Source: Amoebidium appalachense (Eukaryota; Protista; Ichthyosporea). Taken from it: DNA of 64,000 nt. Where the stretch lies: positions 4,693,814-4,757,813 of the forward strand of contig CAVNZM010000013.1 in the NCBI GenBank assembly GCA_963693365.1, written 5' to 3'. Both the position numbers and the translations under genes were made by a program. Positions 13,099 through 30,323 of the stretch are shown here, in pieces; the first letter of the stretch is position 1, and each line of letters opens with the position of its first letter. The notes beneath the pieces are model-generated. The model saw only the letters and a program-made list of their open reading frames with translations. It did no database searches and was not told the DNA's origin.

Positions 13099-14372
13099 CT
13101 AGCCTAATTATGCTTTCAAGGAATAATTGAAGGATGCAGCTTCATTCATTCATGATTATGCCATGCTCAGTATCATATGAGGCCTGGAGAAAAGATTATG
13201 TAGGTACTAATAGGCTGTAGTCGAACTTTACGTCCTCTTCACTTGGGACACTGACATTGTCAGCTTTGTTCGTGCTCGTACATACTACTGATTGCAGCGT
13301 TGGGCCGCCTTACACAGGGGCGTAGCGTATTCCAGGTTCATTTGCAGAATCTATAAACTAGCTTTAAAAATGATTTACCAATGAATCACAGGAGTCCGAG
13401 TGCCCAAATCTAACTACTAAAGTCCATTATGATTGTAAAATTTAAATCGGCCCAACTCAGACAGTGCCAGTGCCTTTGTGCACTGGCAGTGTCGGGGGGC
13501 CCGGCCCATGACTAAATATTGCTCCTGAATTTATACATCAATAGTTGGCCCAGGCACCAATTAGACAAGTGCAATTTTTTCCTCGAAACTTGCTACATAA
13601 CGAGCCAGCTGTACTTCTAAGTTCTGACTCCACTGAACTAACTAATGAAGACATCACCTATCATAGTAAACTGCGTGGGAGACGAGTATATTCATATTAG
13701 TTCGGACACTCGCATTCCAATCTAAAAATACTAAAATGAATCTTATTGGCTCATATATAAATTTTTCCTTTGAAAGATTATAATTGGCTCTCGAGTCTCA
13801 ACTATGGACGACTAGTCTCCATGGGAGGGGAGGCGTGTCGGCTTGCAAGTTGCAATTACGTGTCCTATACTCTTCCAGATGAAACGATGAATCCATTTCT
13901 AAACACTCAATCTCGACAGCAGCTAGAATTGTTGAAAGCAATTGTTATTTGGCTTTTTATATGTGTAGAACAATCTTATAGTTAGTCCTTTAGTAATAAT
14001 CGTTCTATTGGTTTCCTTGGCTCATCCCCCTACACCACATCTCGGCAACGCATTCCTGGCAAGATTTTTTAATAATGACTTTATTGATATGCTCAGCAAA
14101 ATAGAAGCCATCGAGATATCACCGATATCTCGGGGAAGAAAATATAAAAGCCCTCACTCTCGGATACGGAGGAAATAACGACTCAAATAATCATACACCC
14201 TAGAAAACTCGTTAAAAACACCGTGGTTCAACAGATAGTCAATAGACGTAATATCAGGATTATCTAAATAAGCCAGTCTTCTAATTTCTAACGTAATAAT
14301 CTGAGATAAATAAATACATCTATCTAAGTGTTTACGAGAATAAGGCTCCGCACAAAAGTGGCACAAACATTT

Positions 14373-17156
14373 CGAATTGACTCACGAGTTGTCACAGTTA
14401 CCAATGTCCACTGTTATTTTAGGTGATTTTAACACGCGACTCCACCACACAGACACACTGCAAGTGAGTGTCGGGTACCCATCTAAGCCCCCGGAGCGTG
14501 CTATCCCTTTAGCAAGGTATGTCCAAAGTCACACTTTGCGGTTCCCTCAAATATCCCATGCCCACAACACCGACTGGGGAGTGGCCTTTTGGCCATCAAC
14601 CATGTCAAAACTCTCTCTCCCTCCTAACCTCTCTAGGTCATCTGACCACTCTCCTATCCTTTTCCTACCTAAGATCTCCCTTGATCTGCTCCCCCCTCCC
14701 CCTCCCACCTTTCGCCTCCGTCTATCCCAGCTTAAGTCACAGTGGGGTAGAGTTGATGTATGTGTATGCTATGCTACGAAACACCCTATATATATGCGCC
14801 TATTAGAATCTGCACAAGCCAGGCCAGATTCACATCTCGTACTAGATACATGCACTAACTTTATTGTTGATGATTTGATAGATCTCGGTGATTATGCTGG
14901 CGGTGGTAGGAAGGAATATCCCGATGCTCTCTTGTTACCAAACACCACTCCCGCTAGACTAGGTGAACCCCTGTCTCAAAAGGAAAGCTTGCGCCGGCTT
15001 GCTAGTATGAATCGATTTGGCCCCCCTGCTCGTATTATTGGTGATACCACTGGAGACCCCCTCATAGACTCTGATAAGTATTTCTCGGAACTGTTTAAAG
15101 ATAGGACCCCCGCTCAGAAACCTATTGTGTGGCCTGTAGACCCATCTATCCCCATAGAATCGATCCCTGCTGGGTTTCTTAAAATCCTTGTTCCCTCCTA
15201 CCCACAAAAGGAAAGTGATCGTGCTATTAAACCTGATCTTACTATCATGTTAAGCTCTCTCTTTTCTTGGTGTGTTAAATGTGGACATGTCCCGTCATCT
15301 TGGTTAGATACCTTAGTGATCCCCATAGTTAAGAAGGACTCTGAGGGCCCCATATCATCCTTTCGCCCCATTACACTAACCCAGGTTGTTCGTAGATTCT
15401 TTGAAGCTTGCTTACTTAGGTTATTTGCACATCACCCTAGGTTTCAATCTATTCTTCACATACACCCATGCCAATCCGCTTTTCGTAAAAACAATTCATG
15501 TTATGTTCAAATAATGGCACTGCACGATTCTATGCAAGTTGGTGCACAATATGTTGGCTTTATTGATTGGAAAACTGCTTACGATTCTGTCTCCCCTGGT
15601 CTCCTATGGGAAAAGCTTGCTGCACGGGGTGTACCACACTGCATTGGTGTTCTGTTAGAAGCACTCTTGTCTCAAACCTATGGTAGAGCTGTGGTTAATG
15701 GGCATCTTTCATATGGTTTTGCTCGTACTAGAGGTCTCTTGCAGGGTTCATTGCTTAGCCCCTTTTTGTTTAACCTATTTATAGATGATTTGGCTGTCAA
15801 GATTTACGCCGAAAACGATGACCCTATTAATAACTTTCCGCCTGCACTTCTCTATGCTGATGATCTGTCCCTCCTTGCCCGTACCCCTAGACGCCTGCAA
15901 AGATTGTTCGATGTAGTGTCAGAGTGGTGCAAGGCAAACCTTATGATCCTTAACATAGACAAATGTGGTGTTCTTGTACCTGATATAGCTAACAATTTAC
16001 ACACATTTACATTATCATCTAAACCTGTACCTATAGTTCCAGAATACAAATATCTTGGTGTTCCGGTTGATTCTGTTGGTGTTATGTTTCCCCATATGGT
16101 CGAAAAGAGGGTAGAGTTGGCTCGTAAGCGGTTAGCTTTCTTCTCGGCTAATATTTTTAAAGACACACCCCTCCATCCTTCTATTAGACTTACATTTATT
16201 CGCACTTTTGTCTTCCCGGCATGTGAATATGGTTTACCCCTTCTCGCCGCTTGGATCAAGAAAGAGAGAACTAGAGCGCTTAAACCCTTGGCAAATTTCC
16301 TTGAAGCAGAAGTTGCCTCCTTTCTATCTAACAACTGTTGTAAACCTGGGCCTGTAACGCTCTCGATATATGGTCTGGTCCCAATAGCTGCTAGAGTATC
16401 CTATCTCGCGCTGAAATTCAATAAGCACATAAGCCGCTTAAAGAAGTATTTGCCCTCCCACCCTCTCTTCTCTATCCGACCTGTCCCCTCCTCACCTCTC
16501 CCCTCTTTCCTCCCCTCTCTCTCCCCTTCTCCCCTGGGCACAAATACAAATAAACCCCGCAATAGTGTGTGTGTGACTTTGGACTGCCACTTACTTATTA
16601 AACATGTACACAATCACAAGATAATCACGCAATATAACAAATGGAAAAAGATACCACACGACACTAGACCCGATGAAAGCATACACCTTGAAAAACTAAG
16701 CCTTATGTCTCGTTTTATATATACTGACCGCCTCAACCATATTGCCAAATATGGCACTCGCAAGTGTATAACACCTAAATACATATTACCTTCCTGTAGA
16801 ACTGGTCTTTCTCTAGCTGATGGTATTATTGATCAATTACCACGCTTTTACTGTACACGTGCTATACAGTGGAGATCTAATAAGTATAAAGTGGCATCAT
16901 TTGCATGCCCAAACAACACACACACACACCAGTTTAACCGGTCATGTATCGCCAAATGTAGTTTGATAGACCACATAATACCGCAACACACACACGTCAC
17001 ATTCACAACAGACACCCAGAAAGATAGCCTACCTGTAAATTACAACATCCTTGATTTTATACTAAACACGCGTAACTACGACCTGTTTATTAGATGTATT
17101 GATTGGCTTGAGAAACACATCACTACAAAATTATAGCGCACGCGCACACACACACA

Positions 17157-17205
<49 letters not shown>

Positions 17206-17238
17206 CCAGCTGATACCGAGTGTCCCGAGGGGGAGCCC

Positions 17239-17271
<33 letters not shown>

Positions 17272-17466
17272 CGGGGAACCCCAACTAATTGATTTCTCCT
17301 TGTAGTCTTTATGGTGTCTCGTAGAGAAAGTAAACCCTGATATATAGTCACCACCCGACATCTATGTACGTGATCATGATATACCGCTGAGGGGATATTC
17401 CGAGCAAACCCCCCCCCCCCATACCTGAGACTGGTTCTCTTTGCCTCGAGTAAACAGCGTAAACCC
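14373..17466 (+). mobile_element. Non-LTR retrotransposon family A, copy 2 (5'-truncated within the APE domain)
   Basis: Flanked by 11-bp TSD CACAAACATTT (14362-14372 / 17467-17477). The 3' UTR contains (CA)n, an internal poly(A) and a TAAACCC end shared with copy 1. Confidence 0.95.
14377..17136 (+). CDS. APE endonuclease (partial) + reverse transcriptase + C-terminal Cys/His region of LINE-A; no ATG start; in-frame deletion of the GPDG motif
   Basis: 919-aa ORF with ILGDFN and SDH (APE), and FIDWKTAYDSV, QGSLLSPFLFNLFIDDL, YADD and YKYLG (RT). Confidence 0.9.
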   Translation: MTHELSQLPMSTVILGDFNTRLHHTDTLQVSVGYPSKPPERAIPLARYVQSHTLRFPQISHAHNTDWGVAFWPSTMSKLSLPPNLSRSSDHSPILFLPKISLDLLPPPPPTFRLRLSQLKSQWGRVDVCVCYATKHPIYMRLLESAQARPDSHLVLDTCTNFIVDDLIDLGDYAGGGRKEYPDALLLPNTTPARLGEPLSQKESLRRLASMNRFGPPARIIGDTTGDPLIDSDKYFSELFKDRTPAQKPIVWPVDPSIPIESIPAGFLKILVPSYPQKESDRAIKPDLTIMLSSLFSWCVKCGHVPSSWLDTLVIPIVKKDSEGPISSFRPITLTQVVRRFFEACLLRLFAHHPRFQSILHIHPCQSAFRKNNSCYVQIMALHDSMQVGAQYVGFIDWKTAYDSVSPGLLWEKLAARGVPHCIGVLLEALLSQTYGRAVVNGHLSYGFARTRGLLQGSLLSPFLFNLFIDDLAVKIYAENDDPINNFPPALLYADDLSLLARTPRRLQRLFDVVSEWCKANLMILNIDKCGVLVPDIANNLHTFTLSSKPVPIVPEYKYLGVPVDSVGVMFPHMVEKRVELARKRLAFFSANIFKDTPLHPSIRLTFIRTFVFPACEYGLPLLAAWIKKERTRALKPLANFLEAEVASFLSNNCCKPGPVTLSIYGLVPIAARVSYLALKFNKHISRLKKYLPSHPLFSIRPVPSSPLPSFLPSLSPSPLGTNTNKPRNSVCVTLDCHLLIKHVHNHKIITQYNKWKKIPHDTRPDESIHLEKLSLMSRFIYTDRLNHIAKYGTRKCITPKYILPSCRTGLSLADGIIDQLPRFYCTRAIQWRSNKYKVASFACPNNTHTHQFNRSCIAKCSLIDHIIPQHTHVTFTTDTQKDSLPVNYNILDFILNTRNYDLFIRCIDWLEKHITTKL

Positions 17467-18561
17467 CACAAACATTTATGGCAAGATTCCCGGCATTCGT
17501 CGTCCGGAATACGACATGCGAAAGACGGCCAGCGCCGGGATGGCATCATGCTTCGATAACATCATGGATATCCCTTTTCTTTTTTATCCCTTTCCTTTGG
17601 TTGTTTGTCGTGTTCAAGCAATAAAACGTTTTTTTTAACGGCCAAATAATCGTTTATGTTGGTGCCACCACGACCGGACCACGTGGTTTTATCACCTGTT
17701 GATCCAGTGAGCCAGTGAAGCATTCCTCAAGATTATCGGAATGCAGGTCGACCGGCTGCGATTGGTCAAATGAATCTACTTTTTATGACCAGGTCCGTGC
17801 GATTCGCGAAAGACGCATGGACCTGGTGTGCTGACGTGGTGGTACTCAAAAAACTTACCCCAATTATCGTTGACTCAGTGGAAGAAGTTTGTAAATCTAC
17901 CTCTCCCACAGAAAGCTTCTCTGACCCGGGTCATTTGTACCCTCATCGGCCCAACCCCATCCGATTCTGCAGGTGCATGATGCATGCACGAGCTGCATGC
18001 ACGTACTTTGTCACAAGCACGAGCCGCGAAAGGCTGACTGGAGTAGCACCAAGTGCCAAGTGGCCGAGGGGCCCGCGCACGCGTTGAGTGGTCACGGTGC
18101 CAGCGAATGGTTCAGAAAAGTCTAGATTGCCAATCATAGATTGCCAACCACCACCAACAAGGCCTCGCCAGTAGTGCACGTGCGTGGCAAGTTGCCAACT
18201 GTGTCTGTGACTGCACTTTCGTCCAGACTGAGTGCTGCCTGAGACTAATATGATAGTAATGGCCCATGTAAGACCGTCGTATGCGTAATCATTGCTGCAG
18301 GCCGTCAGCTACTAATAGTGATATGCCCTGATATGCTGCGGACACTGGCTGGTGGGGAAGAGACATAGAGCCTGGTGGACGGCCAACAATAATAATTGCG
18401 TGTGCCCCAAAACGTTCTCAGTGTTGAAATCAGCTCATGATCAGAGTACGCTGTATACGTACATGTTGCCAGTGTCGTATACGTTATGTATATATTGTCC
18501 ATCTATCATTCTCTCACAGTGTCTGCCTGTGCCACGGTGTGCGTGCACACACGTGTGTGTC

Positions 18562-18820
18562 AGAGAGAGCTCGAGAGAGAGCTCAGGAGAGAGCTCAGGA
18601 GAGAGCTCGAGAGATCGAGAGAGGGAGAGAGCTCGAGAGAGAGAGGGAGGGATCCGGGAGGGAGGGAGAGAGAGAGATATCTGAGAGCTCGAGAGAAAGC
18701 TCGAGAGAGCTCGAGAGAGAGAGAGATATCTGAGAGAGCTCGAGAGAGAGAGAGAGAGAGAGAGCTCGAGAGAGAGAGAGCTCGAGAGCTTGAGAGAGAG
18801 AGACTCCGAGTCTTAGAGAG
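18562..18820. repeat. (GA)n-based repeat with interspersed palindromic GAGCTC/CTCGAG/GATATC cores
   Basis: gagagctcgagagag-type units repeat about ten times. Confidence 0.85.
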
Positions 18821-18885
18821 ATGGCCTTAGTTAGAGAGGGAGAGAGGGGGGGGGGGGGGGGGAGGAAGGGGGGGGGGGGGGGGGG

Positions 18886-18963
<78 letters not shown>

Positions 18964-20340
18964 TGTGTGTGTGTGTGTGTGTGTGGGTTTGGGGTTGAGT
19001 TTCATGGTGTGCATCGATCATCCATGCGTCTGACAGCCTGTGTGTGTGTGTGTGCACGCATGTGTGTGCACGTGTGTGACAACGTGTCGCACGGTGTACC
19101 TAGCGAACGTGACCACTAATCATGAGTGCAGGCTCAGTGAGCGGCAAATGGCCCAGTGTGTACACATGTGTTTGACAAGCCACAGTGACACGGTGCACAT
19201 GTGTAGCATGTGTACGTGTGTGTATGTGTAGTGCGGTGTGTGTCACAGTGTGCTGAGGTGGCACCGGATGTGTTCGACACGTGCACGTCTGTGTCACAAC
19301 AGTGTGCCAGTGTGTCATGGTGCGCATGCAGTCTGCCAGAGTGTATGTGACAGTACTGTGTACATGTGTGTATGTGTGTGTTTGTGTGTGAGCCTGCGTG
19401 TGCGTGTGTACGTGTGTGTGTGTGTGTGTGACATGTGGCACTCAGTCTGTGCCAATGACGTGTGGGTGTTTCTATGCATGGTGTGTGTGTGACACTGTGT
19501 CTGACTTGTCAAAGTGTGTGACGGGGCCTGGGCCCACGCCGGCGCCAGCACTGGCTGGTGGCCGACGCCGGGCACGGTGTGTGTGTGCCTTGCACTAGCC
19601 CCGAGTTTCAAATTGAATAAGTGAATGAGTCTACATGTTACTGATCGAGTGTCATATGTCATTGCCAGTGATGTGCACCTGTGTGCATTGAGCTTCTTTT
19701 GGCCACAATTATCTACATTCCTGATTTAGTGTGTGATCACTCTGTTTAGGCTCAGATCTAGTAGACTTCGAAGACGAGTCTCAGTAGTGAGACTCGAGCT
19801 CCACTGCGCCGCCGGGCAGCCAGATCGTTATACTACTAGTGGCCTTCAGCTCTTCTATGTAACGGCAGTCGACAACACCGTGTAGTGTACACATTTCTAC
19901 GTCCGTACACGTCACTAGTACAGGACATCACTGTCACATTTGTGTAGACGACACATGATCATAATCACATGGGTGCCCCCCCCCCCCCCCCCCCCCCCCA
20001 CCTCTCTAACAGTCCCCCTCCCGTTAAGTTATTAAAAGCACGAGGAGGCGCCGGCATCGTGTTGTATAGTTTTGTACATGTTTTCTCAGTGTCACTCATC
20101 ACGTGCACGTATTAGGATAGTGCTGGATCACACAAACCGGTTCCAGGCGATGCGTTCATTTGCGAACTACTGGTTCAAAATCTGTGAACTTTCAAAGATG
20201 TTATATGAAACCTTTTAGAAAAAATTACCATTTTTATCATCAAAGCGCCACTACTGCTCACTATCGCCAACAAGATCTTTAGCCAATTAACATGAGCTTG
20301 TCTCAAACCCGTCACTGATTGATTGTCACGTATTACAGTA

Positions 20341-25636
<5,296 letters not shown>

Positions 25637-26260
25637 GTGTTCTATCCTACCAGTGGCCGATAACGCGTTTTATTTGGTAGGAGCCTCCAAATTGAGAAAA
25701 TAGGAACCTGCAAAGCAATAAACAAACACACAGCTGGATCATATGAGACGTCGTGCTATTGTAGCTCCCTCGGGACCAGTGTTTGCGCCACGTTGAGAGG
25801 ACGGGGATACCATGTAATGCTGACAAGTATAATTCACCAATTTGCATGCTTATATTAATTAAGCAAACAAAGGTATTTAAACTTTTTTAAAACTTTATAA
25901 AGCGTTCAAATAAGCAGAAGTCACTAAAAAAAGGAAGCCGCTATCTAAAGCGGCTCACTAGGTTTCCAAGAGGTATCCAATCAAATGTTACAGTCATCTG
26001 TCATATTACCAAATGTAGCGAAAGAGGCGCGCACCCAAAGCCCAGGCCACTCCGCACAATTCGATAAAATCTCTCTTACACCACTTAGAAGGAAACGAGT
26101 ATGCTATGTAGCAGTTGTGTTGATCACTGACTGCCATATATTGGCATTTTGTTTCAGCATGATAACAATTTTAATAAAAAAGGACAAAGGGATCTTTATG
26201 TTTGAATAATCCCCATAAGAGTCTTTGAGTGTAATGTTCACTCGTAAAGTACGATCATGA

Positions 26261-26860
26261 TCAACCTCTGCATGCTTGCAAATCACAAACACCCCGATCA
26301 AATCTACTGCTTCTGATACTTCTGAGGAGGGTGGCCTCCGGGTGTGTTTCGTTGTCGTGTTCGAAGAACGAAGTCACTGCAGCTTTCGCTGTTTTCCTTT
26401 GTTGCAGACAGGTCATTTGTGGTCGTAAGAATAAACTTCTCTCTGGATAAGTGGTTTCAAAATAGTACCCTCCATTCCTTCTAAAGAGAACATGGCGTGT
26501 GCCAGCTGAACTGCAGTCATATATTGCCATGCTGAAATGTTTCCTTTTCACGATATACACTAATCAGCCAAAATGGTTGCCTAAAGATACAGTAGCACGC
26601 GCCATAAGCCATAGAGTCAACGTGTTTTTAGCATCATAGCCATAATAACACCCCACGATTTAGGCACAATACCATCACCTTGTTCCGTCGGACGCGAAAC
26701 GAAAACAAGATCAATTCTCTCTTTCTCTTTGAAGCCACTCTTGCCGGTGTTATAACAGCCCCATGCCTCCCCAAGACGCGACGTTACTTGTGGGCATGGC
26801 TCACATCGAAGACAAGAATGGCTATCAGCATGGAAAGCTCGCGGATACCTCAGGTGTGTG
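26261..26860 (-). pseudogene. Possible decayed two-exon coding remnant between AIP and ACBD3
   Basis: Non-repetitive frames ...GWGCYNTGKSGFKEKERIDLVFVSRPTEQ|VYIVKRKHFS... can be joined by a phase-compatible GT-AG intron (26678-26560). There is no clear start and no recognisable family. Confidence 0.22.
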
Positions 26861-27735
26861 CTGAGGTAGATCTGGTTCTAGAACTTTTATCCTGTGTTTT
26901 GGTTGACAAGTCGTTAAGAACCAAAGACTTGAACGATCGAGGAGTGCGAATGCGTGGCAGTAGCTTGACATAATTATGGTAGTATGAGAATTAGTACTGT
27001 TAGTCTGTGGGTATGTGTTTGTGTGTGCATGCGTGTGGGCTGTCTCCCACGTATGTGCTTGTATGCAAGATGGACGTGTGTGTGCATTGGGCGTAGGTGC
27101 CTTGCCAAACACATAGTAGCGGGTGCATTCCGCGTATGTGCCTGCATAGGCATTTGGCGTCCATAAGGGCATTTCGTGTGTGCCTACACGTTCGCTCGTA
27201 TGAAAAGAACCTGTGCCTTTTACATCTGGTGGTGTGTTCGTGTTAATCTTTTTTTCAGTTCGTCTTGGTTGCATGCCTAGATGCATTATGATAGAAAATA
27301 TGCACAGCAAGCCACGCAAGCTTGTTCTAAGATGTACCTACTACCTCTACCAGGTGTCTTGTTCAGCCCAATATCTATAATGTCACTGCATCCCTGTGTA
27401 TCAAGCTTGGTGTGTGTCTGTGCTCACTGCGGTTTATTTATGCTATCCCATTTCCATGTTGTGTTGGTCCGCTTCTCCTTCCTTTATTCCCCAAGGCAAC
27501 CTTTTCTTCTGCCCTTGTGATCTCCCTTTCCGTCTCTGCAGCTCCTTTAGTCTATTTTGCTTGCATTTCCTTTTGCTATTGGCAATATGAGCAGGTTTAC
27601 CAGTCATGGTCGCTGTTTTGGCTACGTTGCACCACCCTTCTATATGTAACCCCTTTTTCTAAGTTTGAGTATCCCTGGAACTAATGAAACAGTGGTATCG
27701 TATTTTGTTGAAACTGACAGAATCGCACTCGTGCA

Positions 27736-28244
27736 ATGCCAGGTTTGGATGTTCAGAGCGAGAGTCTTGTTGCCAGCCATGATAACTCAAACACATCCAT
27801 CCCCGTGATATCTGACGATAAAACTACGAACTGCGACGGGAAAGACGATAAACAAGAGGACGATGTGGTGGAATGTGTTCAGACACAGGCGCTTTCGTCA
27901 AGCGAAGAAAACGAGGCTCTGAACAGGCTGCTTGCAGCCCCTTCGGTAGACAATGTCGAGCTTGATGATGAGTAAGTCATGTTTGCTTGTTTGCTGGATG
28001 CTCTGGCATCCGTTCATATCGCATGTCAGTGTGGCTATATGCAGACATAGCACTTGATAAGAAGAGGTATCGGGGTTTGCTGTTCAGACACTCTGGGCAA
28101 CCCACAGAATGTGCTGGCATTGTGTCGTACACCCACACATCCGCACACGGGAATGTCTACACCAGGCAAGCAGACGCTCACCAAGGCACACGCACAACAC
28201 ATACACACTTTCTCACACACACCCAACATACACAGAGGCACGCA

Positions 28245-28320
<76 letters not shown>

Positions 28321-28438
28321 TGCCCGTCCACCTGCCCGCCCACGCACCCGCCCACCTGCCTGTCCACCACCCGCCCGCCTGCTCACCCGCCCGCCAGGCC
28401 GTGGCATGGGCGCCTGCACGAACGCGCGCGCGCGCGCG

Positions 28439-28497
<59 letters not shown>

Positions 28498-28529
28498 AGA
28501 GACAGATGTAGTCACAGGGAGAAGCTGCG

Positions 28530-28593
<64 letters not shown>

Positions 28594-28841
28594 CAGATGT
28601 AGTCACAGGGAGAAGCTGTAGGATGATAGAGGAATGTATATATAACCATGTCCTGTACCTTGAACACAAACCGTGCTTACTGTGATTCTTACACACACAC
28701 ACACACATACATGCCCGTCCCCCTGCCCGCCCACGCACCCGCCCACCTGCCCGTCCGCCCAACCGCCCGCCTGCTCACCCGCCCGCCAGCCCGTGGCATG
28801 GGCGCCTGCACGAACGCGCGCGTGTGCGCGCGCGCGCGCGT

Positions 28842-28903
<62 letters not shown>

Positions 28904-28931
28904 ACAGATGTAGTCACAGGGAGAAGCTGCG

Positions 28932-28993
<62 letters not shown>

Positions 28994-29085
28994 CAGATGT
29001 AGTCACAGGGAGAAGCTGTAGGATGATAGAGGAATGTATATATAACCATGTCCTGTACCTTGAACACAAACCGTGCTTACTGTGA

Positions 29086-29120
<35 letters not shown>

Positions 29121-30150
29121 AATATTTCTATATGCCACCACGACCCCACACCCATCACTCGGTTAGCCCACGACTCACACCCTTACCTGCTTGCTGATAA
29201 ATAATCCCCCCCCCCCCCCCCCCCCCCGTCCCCCCTTGCTGATAAATATCCCCCCCCCCCCCCCCCTCCCCCGCCCCCCCAAAAGGAACCTTTCCATCTC
29301 CCCACGCTTTTTGGTTCTTTTGGCAGAGAAGGGGGAGGGGAAGGGGAAGAGGGGGGGGGAGGGGGGGGGGGGGGAGGATGAATATTGGATCATCCCCCCC
29401 CTCTCTCTCTCCCCCCCCCCCCAAAAAAAAAACAAACAAATAAAAATAAAAATATAAACAAAATCACGCACCACATACCACCACTACCATCCACATGTAA
29501 GCGCAATCTTCGCACTTGCGAACTATGCAGAACTTTTCTAGTCTCTCTTTCTGGTTATGCTCTTGTTTAGTTAATACATATCTGTTTAAAGTACTGTTTA
29601 AAGCCCTGCTCTTTCCACAGCTATGGTTGCATGCTTCAGTTATGGGCACACGTTCAACTGTTTGGTTTTAACATGCAGTAACCATTGCGCTAAAGCTGGC
29701 ATTGTTGACTAATGGGCCCGTATAAATTGTCACCACGCAAATTGTGCTTCCATTTATTTCAAGATCATGTCTCCTTTTCAAACCATTCTGGCCGTTTTCT
29801 TCTTGCGCAGTAACAAGATGCTACAGTGGGCTTTGGCTCTATGCGCCCGAAACATGGGGCCACAGCGTGATTTTTTCCCCAATCATCGCTGAATAATGAG
29901 CATAGTATTCGAAGTTATCGTACAACACAAAACCTCGGCTGTTTGTCGGCAGTTAAAAGGTATTTGAACCATGTGTCTTTATCAACCATTCTAACAGTTT
30001 CCTTCTTGCAGTAACAGGGTGTTAAAGCGGGCGTTGACTGATGCACCGGAATATGTGGCCAACTATTTTGAACTCAAGAGGCTGCACAGCACGGGAGGCT
30101 CCAAGGACCTATTGCAGCTGGGCGCTAGTCCCATTGCCAGGTGCGTGTAC

Positions 30151-30190
<40 letters not shown>

Positions 30191-30233
30191 TGTGTGTTTG
30201 TGTGTGTACGTGTGTGTGTACGTGTGTGTACGT

Positions 30234-30323
<90 letters not shown>

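Larger units (their letters stand above)
14057..17488 (-). mobile_element. Short 5'-truncated LINE-B copy (14067-14372 plus 17467-17481) split by LINE-A copy 2
   Basis: Encodes the C-terminus CHFCAEPYSRKHLDRC...SIDYLLN...RIRE*, followed by AATAAA and a short A-tail on the - strand. It is flanked by the direct repeat TGGCAAGATT (14057-14066 / 17479-17488). Confidence 0.9.

Noticed and set aside
11420-13350. TAG-to-Gln genetic code reassignment
   Set aside because: There is no in-frame TAG in any exon of the four conserved genes, and LINE ORFs end at TAG. Pseudogenisation is the simpler explanation.
17288-17350. U5 snRNA-like stem in the LINE-A tail
   Set aside because: It lacks the invariant GCCTTTTAC loop and an Sm site.
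17486-17575. HDV-like or hammerhead ribozyme at the LINE-A 3' side
   Set aside because: A P1-like stem is present, but there is no P3/L3 (TCC..GC) or CUGANGA core. The TSDs also place this sequence outside the element.
17600-17680. Solo LTR end with primer-binding site (TGGTGCC...)
   Set aside because: There is no terminal CA, no second LTR and no gag/pol sequence, and the tRNA complementarity is not convincing.
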